Below, one piece after another: positions 17,023-26,535 of a DNA stretch of 64,000 nucleotides. The notes beneath the pieces were generated by a model, which was not told where the DNA came from, searched no databases, and worked only from the letters and a program-made list of their open reading frames with translations. Each line of letters opens with the position of its first letter. The first letter of the stretch is position 1. The translations under genes were made by a program, and so were the position numbers. The DNA comes from Candidatus Angelobacter sp. (lineage in GTDB: Bacteria > Acidobacteriota > Terriglobia > Terriglobales > Acidobacteriaceae). The stretch covers positions 1,463-65,462 of the forward strand of contig DASXGZ010000006.1 of NCBI GenBank assembly GCA_036488825.1. Direction: 5' to 3'.

Positions 17023-17499
17023 TCATTGCCGGAATTGCGCTCGATCCGCGCGATGTAGCATCCAGCTTCCGTATTGCGAATGTGGATGTAGCGCACACCA
17101 ATCGTATTCAAAAAGCCGCTCCACCGAGCTTTCAATCTCGTTTTGCATTGGCCGCTCGCGAGCGATAATCCATCGGTTCTCGCCATAGGCTTCCAGCGTT
17201 AACGGAAGTGACCTCAGTTCCGCAGGAAATTCTCCAGGCGTTGTATTTAGCGAACACGATTCCACATGGATGAAGATGGGGCCCGGCGAAGGATATTCAT
17301 CAAGCCCTGCAAAGGGGTTGTAAGTGAAAAGAATTCGTTTTTCCAGGCCCACGCGGAACTGTCGTAAACAAGCGCGGCATGGTCCATAGCCTGCTGCCGG
17401 TTCTACATGAGCGGGATGGCCATATTGGGGAGATTTGAATGTTTTGCGGACGGTTTCGGCGAGAGCAGCGTCAATGGGTAAAACATGAAATCCAGCCAA
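17023..17499 (-). CDS. Conserved hypothetical protein (resembles DUF1203)
   Basis: 158-aa ORF. The TTG start is preceded by AGGAGG. The GYGPCRACL...ILFTYNPF...PSPGPIFIH pattern recalls DUF1203. Confidence 0.65.
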   Translation of the reverse strand: MAGFHVLPIDAALAETVRKTFKSPQYGHPAHVEPAAGYGPCRACLRQFRVGLEKRILFTYNPFAGLDEYPSPGPIFIHVESCSLNTTPGEFPAELRSLPLTLEAYGENRWIIARERPMQNEIESSVERLFEYDWCALHPHSQYGSWMLHRADRAQFRQ

Positions 17500-17583
17500 G
17501 GCTTCCTCCTGATGCGCTAATCAGCGATTTCAAAAGGCTAAGCCAAGGCTGGATTGCAAACACTCCGCAACTTGCGCTCAAAA

Positions 17584-18648
17584 TTATTTATTGATGTCCT
17601 GTTTCGCTTCCAGGCGCTTCAACAAACCTTCCACAGTTGATTTTGCCTGATCAGGAGCAGCGGCCTGCGCAAGCTTCATTTCTTTTACTGCGCCGTCATA
17701 GTCGCCTTTGGCCACGGCCAGCCGAGCTGCTTCCGTGCGAACCAGCCAGTGTGTCGGGTACTTGCTGATATTGGTGCGGAATACCTGGAACGCTTCGTCC
17801 TGTTTTCCCGCCAACTGAAGCTGACGGCCATAGGTGTGTAGCTGCGTAACGTTGGCCATGGACAAGGCTTTGTTCCGCGCAACGGTGGCGTCCTCTTTCT
17901 TGTTCAGCGCATCCAGAATGCGCGACTTGGTCATAAGGTTGTCATAGCGCTCTTCCACGCCAATGGAGTTGTCCTCGTACTTCAACGCTTCTTCCAGATC
18001 GTATTTATTGGTAAGCAGATAGTTGGCGGCGTCGTCCCAGCCATCCCATGTGTACTGGGCCAGTCCGCGCAGTTGATTGTGCAGACTCTGGGCGACAATC
18101 TCATTGGAGTTGACTTCAACCTTGAATGGCACAGCCAGCTTTTCCCAGCGCAGTGAAATCACCGCCGAGGTAGGCGTTACATTGTCAATCTCATACGCCA
18201 GAGCTTCTTTCATATCGGCTGCCTGTGGTTTGACAGTGACACGGAGCGCGTCTTCAGCCTGGTTATACGTAAAGCTTCCCCAGGCAGTGGAGTTCTTTGA
18301 AAAAGCAATTGTCCATTCATTTTCAGCCGGAATCATGTGCAGGCCGTAAACGCCTTTGGCCAACGACTTGCCTTCAATCGTAACGGGATCGGTAAATTCG
18401 ATGGTGGTATTTTCATTGGCCCCTGCACGCCAGACCTGGCCATAAGGGACAATACCGCCCCAGATCTTCCTGCCTTTCACCAACGGGCGGTGATAGTTAA
18501 TCGTGATATCGGTAATGCCGACGCGCTGCATGACTTTGGCATGCTGGCTGTCCCGTGGGATATCCAGTACGGCGGACTGCGCGTTAGCGCGAGTGGCGGC
18601 GAAAAAAGTTGCAATAAGGATGGTGACAAGCGCCAGGTTCTTGCGCAT
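17584..18648 (-). CDS. Secreted DUF2911 domain protein with C-terminal TPR-like region
   Basis: RVGITDITINYHRPLVKGRKIWGGIVPYGQVWRAGANENTTIEF...EWTIAFSKN is the DUF2911 pattern. Signal peptide MRKNLALVTILIATFFAATRANA starts at ATG 18648, with GGAGG upstream. Confidence 0.8.
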   Translation of the reverse strand: MRKNLALVTILIATFFAATRANAQSAVLDIPRDSQHAKVMQRVGITDITINYHRPLVKGRKIWGGIVPYGQVWRAGANENTTIEFTDPVTIEGKSLAKGVYGLHMIPAENEWTIAFSKNSTAWGSFTYNQAEDALRVTVKPQAADMKEALAYEIDNVTPTSAVISLRWEKLAVPFKVEVNSNEIVAQSLHNQLRGLAQYTWDGWDDAANYLLTNKYDLEEALKYEDNSIGVEERYDNLMTKSRILDALNKKEDATVARNKALSMANVTQLHTYGRQLQLAGKQDEAFQVFRTNISKYPTHWLVRTEAARLAVAKGDYDGAVKEMKLAQAAAPDQAKSTVEGLLKRLEAKQDINK

Positions 18649-18755
18649 AAGTATGCCTCCAGGGCGGTTCAAAAATTCAACAGAGGAATGGACCAGAGTT
18701 TTAGACGGAAAGCCAGCAGGGTTGTTAGCGCCGGCTTTCCATAGAGAATTGCAGA

Positions 18756-19181
18756 TTAATTTTCCAATTGCGCATCCATTGTGATCTTGGCATTGAGCAA
18801 CTTGGAGATAGGGCAGCCCTCTTTAGCGTTTTTGGCAGCTTCCTCGAACTTGGCTTTGTCGGCGCCGGGGATTTTTACCTTGACTTGCAGGTGGGACGAA
18901 GTGACCGCAAAGCCGGAATCCAGCTTTTCCAAGGTGACAGTGGCCGTGGTGTCAATCGCTTGCGCCGTCATTCCGGCATTGCCGAGTTGGGCTGAAAGCG
19001 CCATGGTGAAGCATCCGGCATGCGCCGCGGCAATCAGTTCTTCCGGATTAGTGCCGGGCTGCGATTCAAAACGGGTGGCAAAAGAATACGGCGTGTTTTT
19101 CAGAACTCCGCTGGGAGATGTCAGGGAACCTTTGCCGTCCTTCAGACCGCCACTCCAATGTGCGCTTGCGTTCCGTTGCAT
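18756..19181 (-). CDS. osmC: OsmC-family peroxiredoxin
   Basis: SAHWSGGLKDGKGSL...TNPEELIAAAHAGCFTMAL...KEGCPISK carries both conserved Cys. Confidence 0.85.
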   Translation of the reverse strand: MQRNASAHWSGGLKDGKGSLTSPSGVLKNTPYSFATRFESQPGTNPEELIAAAHAGCFTMALSAQLGNAGMTAQAIDTTATVTLEKLDSGFAVTSSHLQVKVKIPGADKAKFEEAAKNAKEGCPISKLLNAKITMDAQLEN

Positions 19182-19244
19182 GAGTTTTCTGCTCCTCTAA
19201 TGAGATAAAAGAATTGTATACGGGGGCTGGCAGAGAGCGCTTCT

Positions 19245-19910
19245 TCAGCTTTTCACAACCGGAATCGGAGCTACATCTAGCTGGATGGTCTTTCCGCGCA
19301 CCTCCGCCTTTACTGCCGCCAGCGATTCAATGATGGCATTCGCGTTCTGCAGAGCAGATTCAGGATACGTTGTGTGCAACGCGATGCTCTGCATACCAGC
19401 CGCGATGGCTGCTGCCACTCCTGCCGGCGTGTCCTCAAATACAAGGCAGTCTCTGGCGGCAAAGCCGAGCAATTCTGCGCCTTTTAAATATGGCTCAGGA
19501 AATGGTTTTCCATGGATAACGTCATCGGCAGTGACCATGTGATGCGGAATAGGAAGAGCAGCATAGCCAAGGCGGGCTTCAGCCAGCGGACGTGTGGCCG
19601 AAGTTACGATAGCAAAGCAATCTTCCGGCAGTTTGGAGAGCAACTCTCCGGCGCCGGGCAGCGCTGTAACGCCTTCTTTATCGTCGATTTCCATTTGCTC
19701 AACTACAAGGTTTTCTTTTTCCGTATCCAACTCAGGAGCTACGGCACGGATGGTTTCAACACTTCGGCGGCCATGCGCCTGCTCAATGACTCGAACGGGA
19801 TCAAGTCCGTGTGCGGACGCCCATATGCGCCATACCCGTTCCACGGCTGGAGCAGAGTTAATCAGTACGCCATCCATATCAAAGAGAATTGCTTTGGTGG
19901 AGAAGATCAC
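19245..19910 (-). CDS. HAD-superfamily hydrolase (beta-phosphoglucomutase/sugar-phosphatase-like)
   Basis: AILFDMDGVLINS (DxDG motif I), VTSA (motif II) and CLVFEDTPAGVAAAIAAGM (motif IV). Confidence 0.8.
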   Translation of the reverse strand: MIFSTKAILFDMDGVLINSAPAVERVWRIWASAHGLDPVRVIEQAHGRRSVETIRAVAPELDTEKENLVVEQMEIDDKEGVTALPGAGELLSKLPEDCFAIVTSATRPLAEARLGYAALPIPHHMVTADDVIHGKPFPEPYLKGAELLGFAARDCLVFEDTPAGVAAAIAAGMQSIALHTTYPESALQNANAIIESLAAVKAEVRGKTIQLDVAPIPVVKS

Positions 19911-20121
19911 GTTTCAGAATACCAGCAAGGAAATCGCAACGGCCTTCCTGCGAGCGAGGCAACAACGGGCGGTAGCAAAGCCTCGAAACAAGGAGTGAAA
20001 CCAGCTTGATACCTTGGATTCTGGACAGAGGCTTATTGCTGGTAGGATAATCGCTCATGCTTGCTTATAGATCGAGGGTGGACTGGCGGCCCAATTTTTA
20101 ACAGATCCAGCCTTCTTAATA

Positions 20122-20718
20122 TTGGAGAGTACCTTGAAAAAACTATCGTTTTTAGTTATGGCGATTGGACTGATGTTTTCATTGGGAAGTACCGCTCACG
20201 CTCAGCAGTTTGATATGAGCGTGGGGCTTTCCGGGGTCACCGCACCAGCCAGCACTGCACTATCGCAGACAGTTGGTGGTGGAGCATTTCCCACTTTTGG
20301 CCTGGATTTTCTTTTCTTCCACAATATTGGCGTTGGCTTTAATGCGTCGGTGCGCGCCAAACAAAATCTATTCGAGGGTGTTCAGCCCTTCCGGCCCATT
20401 TTTTATGATGTGGATGCGGTTTATGCGCCGCCACTGGGCAAACGCGCCCAGGCCGAACTTTCTGCTGGAATCGGCGCTGAGAGTATCCATTTTTATACGC
20501 CATTCGTGAGCTGCAATTTTGTCAGTTGCACGAACGTTGTCACCAGCAACCACTTCCTTGGCCAATTCGGAGCGGCGATAAGGGTTTATGTCACGCCCCG
20601 CATCTTTATACGGCCGGAGGTCCATCTGTACGAGGTGCACAATAACGTCGAATTCAGCGGAGCGCGCGCTACCCGTTTCGGCGTCTCCATTGGTTATTCG
20701 TTCAGAAACCAGGAATAA
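20122..20718 (+). CDS. Outer-membrane beta-barrel protein (small porin/OmpW-like)
   Basis: Signal peptide KKLSFLVMAIGLMFSLGSTAHA, alternating beta pattern and C-terminal ...GVSIGYSF aromatic end. The start could be the second TTG at 20134. Confidence 0.65.
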   Translation: MESTLKKLSFLVMAIGLMFSLGSTAHAQQFDMSVGLSGVTAPASTALSQTVGGGAFPTFGLDFLFFHNIGVGFNASVRAKQNLFEGVQPFRPIFYDVDAVYAPPLGKRAQAELSAGIGAESIHFYTPFVSCNFVSCTNVVTSNHFLGQFGAAIRVYVTPRIFIRPEVHLYEVHNNVEFSGARATRFGVSIGYSFRNQE

Positions 20719-20903
20719 ACACGACCAAAGAAACCGATTGAAAACAAAGGCCTATCCGGGTACGGATGGGCCTTTCGTACGTAAGACATTCTTCCAAGTG
20801 GACACAAGAAGCCAGCGCGTCATTCGCCTGCGATCTTTCTTATCTTTCTAAGATTGTCCAACGGAAAAGCACAAAAAAAACATCCAAGAAGCTGGAGTAC
20901 ATA

Positions 20904-21725
20904 ATGGCGACCCGGATTTTGTTCGTCGATGACGAGGCGGGAATACGCACGACGCTGCAAGCAATTCTGGAACAGCATGGTTTTCAGGTGACCACCGCAG
21001 CAACGGTCCCTGAGGCCCTGGAACATCTAAACCACGCCACGTTTGACGTTCTGCTCTCTGATCTGAACATTGGGCAACCTGGAGATGGTTTTACCGTTGT
21101 GAGCGCAATGCGACGAGTACAACCGGACGCCGTGACGTTTATTCTCACCGGCTATCCTGATTTCGACACAGCGCTGCAAGCCATACGCAGCCAGGTGGAC
21201 GACTATTTGCTCAAGCCCACCGATGTCCCCACCCTGATTAATACCATCAAAAGCCGGTTGGACCATCGGCAGCCCGCTCTTCCGGAAAAACCCTTGAAGC
21301 GGGTTTCCCAGCTGATGCGGGAAAATACGAAAACAATTATGAAAGAGTGGCTCCAACTGGTGAAAGCGCATCCTGAACTTACGTCTCTGCATATCAGCGA
21401 TAAAGATCGCATTGACCACCTGCCCGATGTGATCCAAGAATTGGCTGGACGCGTGGAAAGGACCGCGGACGCTTCCACCGCGGAGGCGAAGTCTGTGGCC
21501 GCGGAACATGGAAGAGCGCGTGCCCGGCAGGGATATAACATTCCCCTGATCGTGATTGAAATGCGGTTGCTGCAACGGGTGCTCTCTTCTGTTTTGCAGC
21601 GCAACCTGATCCGCATGGACCTGAGCACAGTAATCGGAGACATGATGGAGGTAGGCGAAAGTCTGCAGGAACAACTGGAATTCTCCATTCGCGGCTTTCA
21701 ACAGGACGCTCGCGAAGCAGCCTGA
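20904..21725 (+). CDS. Response regulator: receiver domain plus helical non-DNA-binding C-terminal domain
   Basis: ILFVDDEAGIRTTL...DVLLSDLNIG...ILTGYPD...LLKP are receiver motifs. ATG 20904 has GGAG 6 nt upstream. The track start at 20766 was rejected. Confidence 0.8.
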   Translation: MATRILFVDDEAGIRTTLQAILEQHGFQVTTAATVPEALEHLNHATFDVLLSDLNIGQPGDGFTVVSAMRRVQPDAVTFILTGYPDFDTALQAIRSQVDDYLLKPTDVPTLINTIKSRLDHRQPALPEKPLKRVSQLMRENTKTIMKEWLQLVKAHPELTSLHISDKDRIDHLPDVIQELAGRVERTADASTAEAKSVAAEHGRARARQGYNIPLIVIEMRLLQRVLSSVLQRNLIRMDLSTVIGDMMEVGESLQEQLEFSIRGFQQDAREAA

Positions 21726-21734
21726 TTGGGCGGA

Positions 21735-22244
21735 CTATTTTCGCGGCTGATTGATTTGTGGCTGCGGGATTGTTGGAACGTGGCCGCGTTTGTAAATCAT
21801 CATAGTGCGCGTAAATTCGATCACAACACTGCCGTCCTGCTTATAGCCCGTGGTTTTCACCTTCACAATGCCTATGTTTGCTCTGGACCTCGATTCACGT
21901 TTTTCCAGAACTTCACTGCGGGAATAGACTGTGTCGCCTTCAAAGAGAGGGTTGGGAAGACGAACTTCGTCCCAGCCAAGATTGGCCATGGCATTTTGCG
22001 AAACGTCGGCAACTGATTGCCCGGTGACTAACGCCAGCGTGAACGTGGAGTCAACCAGTGGCCTGCCATATTCGGTTTGCGCGCTGTAGGCTGCATCAAA
22101 GTGGATTGGGTTGGTGTTCTGCGTGAGCAGCGTAAACCATATATTGTCCGCGGCAATCACCGTGCGACCAAGAGGATGCTGGTAAATGTCGCCGACCTCA
22201 AAGTCTTCATAAACGCGTCCAGTCCAGCCCTGCTTCACAGTCAT
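21735..22244 (-). CDS. MaoC-family (R)-specific enoyl-CoA hydratase/dehydratase (single hot-dog)
   Basis: GRTVIAADNIWFTLLTQNTNPIHFD is the hydratase 2 motif region. Start taken at the internal Met (MTVKQGW). Confidence 0.75.
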   Translation of the reverse strand: MTVKQGWTGRVYEDFEVGDIYQHPLGRTVIAADNIWFTLLTQNTNPIHFDAAYSAQTEYGRPLVDSTFTLALVTGQSVADVSQNAMANLGWDEVRLPNPLFEGDTVYSRSEVLEKRESRSRANIGIVKVKTTGYKQDGSVVIEFTRTMMIYKRGHVPTIPQPQINQPRK

Positions 22245-22260
22245 GATTTGCTCTCCCGAG

Positions 22261-23427
22261 TCAGTATGAACGCGGCAATCCCAGCACGTGTTCTGCAATG
22301 TAAGCAAGTATCAAATTAGTGGAGACTGGCGCTACCTGATAAAGGCGCGTTTCCCGGAACTTGCGCTCCACATCATACTCTTCGGCAAAACCGAATCCGC
22401 CGTATGTCTGGACGGTGGCGTTGGCCGATTCCCAGGATGCATCGGCTGCCAGCAACTTGGCCATGTTGGCCTGCGGCCCGCAAGGTTGACGCGAATCAAA
22501 CAGCGCCGCAGCTTTTTCAACCATCAACGATGCGGCTTCAACATTGGCATAAGCGCGGGCAAGAGGGAACTGGATGCCCTGGTTCTGTCCAATGGGGCGT
22601 CCAAAGACGATGCGGTCTTTGGCATAACGGCAGGCACGCTCTAGGAACCAGCGGCCATCCCCAATGCACTCTGATGCAATCAGAATGCGTTCAGCATTCA
22701 AGCCGTCCAGCAGGTAGCGGAATCCCTGGCCTTCTTCGCCTACAAGGTTTTCAGCCGGCACTTCAACGTCATCAAAAAAGACTTCTGTCGTGGCATGATT
22801 CATCATGGTGCGGATCGGCCGGATGGTCAGCCCATGATCCCGTGCTTGTCGCAAGTCCACCAGCAAAACGGAAAGCCCTTCGCTACGCTTCTTGATTTGA
22901 TCAATAGGGGTGGTGCGCGCAACCAGCAGCATCAGGTCAGAATGTTCTGCCCGGGAAATCCAAATCTTCTGCCCTCTCACCACATACTTGTCCCGGGCGC
23001 GCCGGGCAAAGGTTTTCATCTGTGTGGTGTCAGAACCAGTAGTTGGTTCACTTACGCCAAATGCCTGCAGGCGAAGCTCGCCACGGGCGAGGGCTGGAAG
23101 ATATTTTTTCTTTTGCGTCTCCGAGCCATGCCGTAGAAGCGTTCCCATTACATACATCTGCGCATGGCAGGCTGCGGCATTGCCACCGGAGTGATGGATT
23201 TCTTCAAGGATCGTCGCTGCTTCGCTTACGCCCAGACCTGCGCCGCCATACTCTTCCGGAATAAGCGTAGCCAGATAACCGGCTTGGGTGAGAGCTTTAA
23301 CGAATTCTTCAGGATAGGCGCGTTCGCTATCCAGATCGCGCCAATATGAATCCGGGAAGTTGCGGCAGAGTTCTGCGACCGCGTTCTTCAACTCCTGGCG
23401 CAAGCCGATATTAGATGTCAGAGACAT
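22261..23427 (-). CDS. Acyl-CoA dehydrogenase
   Basis: 388 aa with the GVSEPTTGSD motif and C-terminal YGGFGFAEEYDVERKFRETRLYQVAP. Confidence 0.9.
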   Translation of the reverse strand: MSLTSNIGLRQELKNAVAELCRNFPDSYWRDLDSERAYPEEFVKALTQAGYLATLIPEEYGGAGLGVSEAATILEEIHHSGGNAAACHAQMYVMGTLLRHGSETQKKKYLPALARGELRLQAFGVSEPTTGSDTTQMKTFARRARDKYVVRGQKIWISRAEHSDLMLLVARTTPIDQIKKRSEGLSVLLVDLRQARDHGLTIRPIRTMMNHATTEVFFDDVEVPAENLVGEEGQGFRYLLDGLNAERILIASECIGDGRWFLERACRYAKDRIVFGRPIGQNQGIQFPLARAYANVEAASLMVEKAAALFDSRQPCGPQANMAKLLAADASWESANATVQTYGGFGFAEEYDVERKFRETRLYQVAPVSTNLILAYIAEHVLGLPRSY

Positions 23428-23430
23428 AAC

Positions 23431-24243
23431 TTAGGCTCTCAGCGCAAAAGGACGAATGGGAGATCCGGTGCCGCCACGGATCTTCAACGGTGCGGCAACG
23501 AACACGAATTCGTAAATATGCCCGGCCGCCAACTGCTCAAGGTTGAGGCATTCAATAATGTGAATGCCGCTTTCCACCAGCAAATGTATGTGGACGGGCA
23601 TGGTGCGCGAAGGCACGAATTCAAAGTTAATGGTGTCAGAGCCTGCGGCAAAAATTCCTTTACTGCTGAGCCATCGCGCTCCAGCTTCGCCGGGTCCAGG
23701 GCCGTGCATCTGCGATTCAAACCGGGGAACATCCTCAAAAAATGCGCCCCATCCCGTGCGCAGCAAGACAACGTCGCCCGGCTTGATTTCGACTCCTTGT
23801 GCGCGCGCCGCAGCTTCCATAAGGTCAGGCGTGATCTCGAATGAAGCGGGCAGGTTTGCAACCTGCTGTTGTCCGGCGATATCCAGAAGAATGCCTCGCC
23901 GCAAGACAGGGGCAAGCGTATCGACAGAAAGCTGCTGCATTCCGTTATAGGATTGTGCCGACTTCACGTCATGACCGCCATGCAGTTTGCCGTTGCAGGA
24001 AAAATGGCAGAGCGCATCCATGTGGGTGCCCAGATGGCCGCCGAGCGCCATGGCTTCAGACGTTGAGCTGCCGCCATTTGGCATTACGTAATCTCCGTGC
24101 ATTTTGGTCAGGCTGAACAAAAACGGAGGATGCACCGGGTGGTGTGGCATGCCGACAAAATACGGCTGTGCCAGATCGTAAACTTTGGCGGTGGCGATCA
24201 GTTCCAGCAGAGCCTGAGTTTTTGTTTCCATAACATGTGCCAT
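23431..24243 (-). CDS. Cyclase-family metal hydrolase (kynurenine formamidase-like fold)
   Basis: HLGTHMDALCHF (HxGTHxDxPxH-type motif) and GDVVLLRTGW. Confidence 0.75.
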   Translation of the reverse strand: MAHVMETKTQALLELIATAKVYDLAQPYFVGMPHHPVHPPFLFSLTKMHGDYVMPNGGSSTSEAMALGGHLGTHMDALCHFSCNGKLHGGHDVKSAQSYNGMQQLSVDTLAPVLRRGILLDIAGQQQVANLPASFEITPDLMEAAARAQGVEIKPGDVVLLRTGWGAFFEDVPRFESQMHGPGPGEAGARWLSSKGIFAAGSDTINFEFVPSRTMPVHIHLLVESGIHIIECLNLEQLAAGHIYEFVFVAAPLKIRGGTGSPIRPFALRA

Positions 24244-24248
24244 TGTTC

Positions 24249-25178
24249 TTATAACAGCCCGATCTTTTTTGCGATGGCCAGCTTTCTGCGCTCAATGGAC
24301 AGGCTTGCTGCGTCGACCATTTCGTCTTTATAAACCATGGCGCCGATACCCGAGTTCACGTCACTCTGCTCATAGAGATCGATAATTTCCCGCGCACGGC
24401 TGATTTCTTCCGGCAAAGGGGTGAAAGCTTGGTTGATGACCGGGACCTGTGCAGGATGAATGGCCCACTTGCCGTCAAAGCCCATCTGGACGGCAGAGCG
24501 GGCGTCATGCTCGCACTGTTGCAGGTCGCGGAATTGCAGAGTAACCCCGTCAATTACGTCAATGCCCGCGGCGCGGGCAGCAGCTACGGTCTTGGCTTTG
24601 GGATAGTGATAGAGCGCAAACTGCTCGCGCACCGGATCTCGAGCGCCGATGCTTCCGGCGTAATCGAGCACGCCAAAAATCAATGCCGCCAGCCGGGGCG
24701 TGGAGGCGGCGATCTGTTCGGCGTGAAGCACTCCCTTTGCGCTTTCAATTAGAACCTCTAGCCGGATGCGTCCAACAGGAAGCCCGATATTTTGCTCTAT
24801 CTGAGTCAGGAGGCGATCTGCAAAAAGCACATCTGACGCATCCTGCACTTTGGGAAGCACGATGACATCGATTTTGCCGCCAACGGCTTCCACAACTTCG
24901 ATTACGTCACGGTAAAAAAACTTCGTATCCATTCCATTTGGGCGGAAGGCGCGAATCTTGCCGCGAAAATCAAGAGTATGGAAAGCTTCAATCAGGGTCT
25001 TTCGCGCGGCAACTTTCTGTGATGGCGCGCAGCCGTCTTCGAGATCGAAAACGGTTTCGTCGGCATCGCTGGCAGCGGCCTTTGCCATCATTGTGAGCGA
25101 ATGAGCAGGACAGGCAAGCTCACTGCGCCGTACTGTGACCTGGTCATTCTTGTGGATACCCGACATTCGTTTCCTCAT
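24249..25178 (-). CDS. HpcH/HpaI aldolase / citrate-lyase beta (CitE)-like acyl-CoA lyase
   Basis: RRSELACPAHSLTMMAKAAASDADETVFDLEDGCAP... and DGKWAIHPAQV are typical of malyl-/citramalyl-CoA lyase-like CitE proteins. Confidence 0.8.
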   Translation of the reverse strand: MRKRMSGIHKNDQVTVRRSELACPAHSLTMMAKAAASDADETVFDLEDGCAPSQKVAARKTLIEAFHTLDFRGKIRAFRPNGMDTKFFYRDVIEVVEAVGGKIDVIVLPKVQDASDVLFADRLLTQIEQNIGLPVGRIRLEVLIESAKGVLHAEQIAASTPRLAALIFGVLDYAGSIGARDPVREQFALYHYPKAKTVAAARAAGIDVIDGVTLQFRDLQQCEHDARSAVQMGFDGKWAIHPAQVPVINQAFTPLPEEISRAREIIDLYEQSDVNSGIGAMVYKDEMVDAASLSIERRKLAIAKKIGLL

Positions 25179-25378
25179 TCGGAGCAGGACTCAAGAGGAG
25201 TCTATTGTGCACTGCCGATTGGCCCGAGAATTCTTAATAGAAATCACGCCATCATCGAAAAGTTTTTGTGTTGATTCGCTCGTCTGGCCATTGAAAAGCA
25301 TTTATTCATCGTGCCGGGATTATAAATTCCAGAGGCAAAAGCAGCTCGGAATCCGCGCAAAATCCCTATAATTAAAGT

Positions 25379-25630
25379 ATGGCAAGAGGATGGGAAAGCA
25401 AATCGGTTGAGGCCCAGATGGAAAGCGCCACCAACGGTGCTCCTGAAACTAAGGACCGGCTTACTGACGACGAGCGCAAAGACCAGCGCGAGCGAGATAA
25501 CCTAAAACTCTCCCGCGCGTATGTCGTGCATCAGATTGAGGCGTCCACAAACGAGCGGTATACGGAAACTTTGCGGCAGGCATTGCGCGAGATCGATCAG
25601 AAATTGGCGACCCTGAAGCCCGCCCGCTGA
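25379..25630 (+). CDS. Small charged hypothetical protein (83 aa)
   Basis: ATG ORF in an otherwise non-coding gap with genome-like codon usage. No recognisable motif. Confidence 0.45.
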   Translation: MARGWESKSVEAQMESATNGAPETKDRLTDDERKDQRERDNLKLSRAYVVHQIEASTNERYTETLRQALREIDQKLATLKPAR

Positions 25631-25696
25631 AAATTGCCCGCGCCAATCCATGGCAGAGCCGGTACCAATAACGTCTGCGGTGGCGAGATCGCACGT

Positions 25697-25846
25697 TCAG
25701 ACGGCTGCCCTTCGGCCAGTGATCAATTGAATCACCATCACGACCAATGCAATGACAAGGATTAGATGAATTAGGCTGCCTGCAACATGAAATCCCCAAC
25801 CTAGAAGCCAAAGCAACAGCAGAATGGCAAAAATAGTCCAAAGCAT
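25697..25846 (-). CDS. lmo0937-family small membrane protein (49 aa)
   Basis: Below the ORF-track size cutoff. Manual translation gives MLWTIFAILLLLWLLGWGFHVAGSLIHLILVIALVVMVIQLITGRRAAV. That is two hydrophobic helices and a basic tail, as in the lmo0937 family. Confidence 0.7.
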   Translation of the reverse strand: MLWTIFAILLLLWLLGWGFHVAGSLIHLILVIALVVMVIQLITGRRAAV

Positions 25847-26195
25847 GCGTGTTCTCCTGGCCGTGTTGATCGGCCTCTTGAACTTGGATGCTGTGATGGC
25901 AGAGCCGAGTTGACAGGCATCAGGTTACGGAGTTACGCGGAGCACACAGACGGATGAGGTTGCCGCATCCTACTCTTCTTGGACAGGAAAAGGGCGGAAC
26001 GGTCTGGCTAAAACAGTTCGCTTCCGGGATCGCCGCTCTCAAGTTGTACAACGGGCGGCGCCACTCAGGCCAGCGAACGTGCGCTTCAATGGAATGCAAT
26101 CACCGTTCGGCAGAAACATTGGCGCAGCCCGCAATAGCTGTTAAAATTTCTAGTTGACCCATACAGCTTATTGAGATACGGAGAACTTTACCCTT

Positions 26196-26456
26196 ATGGC
26201 ATACGTAATTGCAGAGCCTTGCATCGGGACCAAGGACGCGGCCTGCGTGGATGCTTGCCCCGTGGATTGCATCCATCCTAAAAAAGACGAACCGCAGTTC
26301 GAAGGCGCCGAAATGTTGTTCATTGATCCGGTGGAATGCATTGATTGCGGCGCGTGCGTGCCGGTCTGCCCGGTTTCCGCAATTTTTGCGCTGGACGATC
26401 TGCCGGAAAAATGGAAAGAATACGCCGACAAAAACGCCAAATATTTCGGCCGTTAA
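26196..26456 (+). CDS. fdxA: Ferredoxin (7Fe-type, FdxA-like)
   Basis: MAYVIAEPCIGTKDAACVDACPVDCIH and CIDCGACVPVCPVSAI cluster-binding motifs. Confidence 0.9.
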   Translation: MAYVIAEPCIGTKDAACVDACPVDCIHPKKDEPQFEGAEMLFIDPVECIDCGACVPVCPVSAIFALDDLPEKWKEYADKNAKYFGR

Positions 26457-26477
26457 CAGCCGAACCAGGGTTCTTGA

Positions 26478-26504
26478 CGCGCAGCCGCATGGTTGCGCGT
26501 TTTT
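26478..26504 (+). terminator. Rho-independent terminator after the ferredoxin gene
   Basis: Stem CGCGCA (26478-26483) / TGCGCG (26494-26499), 10-nt loop, then TTTTT (26500-26504). Confidence 0.6.
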
Positions 26505-26535
26505 CATTCCGTTCACAATGTATCCTTAAGTTGCG

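Noticed and set aside
18707-18740. 8-bp stem hairpin GGAAAGCC...GGCTTTCC downstream of osmC.
   Set aside because: It has a long 18-nt loop and no U-tract on the minus strand, so it is not convincing as a terminator.
21027-21701. 224-aa and 161-aa minus-strand ORFs opposite the response regulator.
   Set aside because: They are antisense shadows, and the plus frame has canonical receiver motifs.
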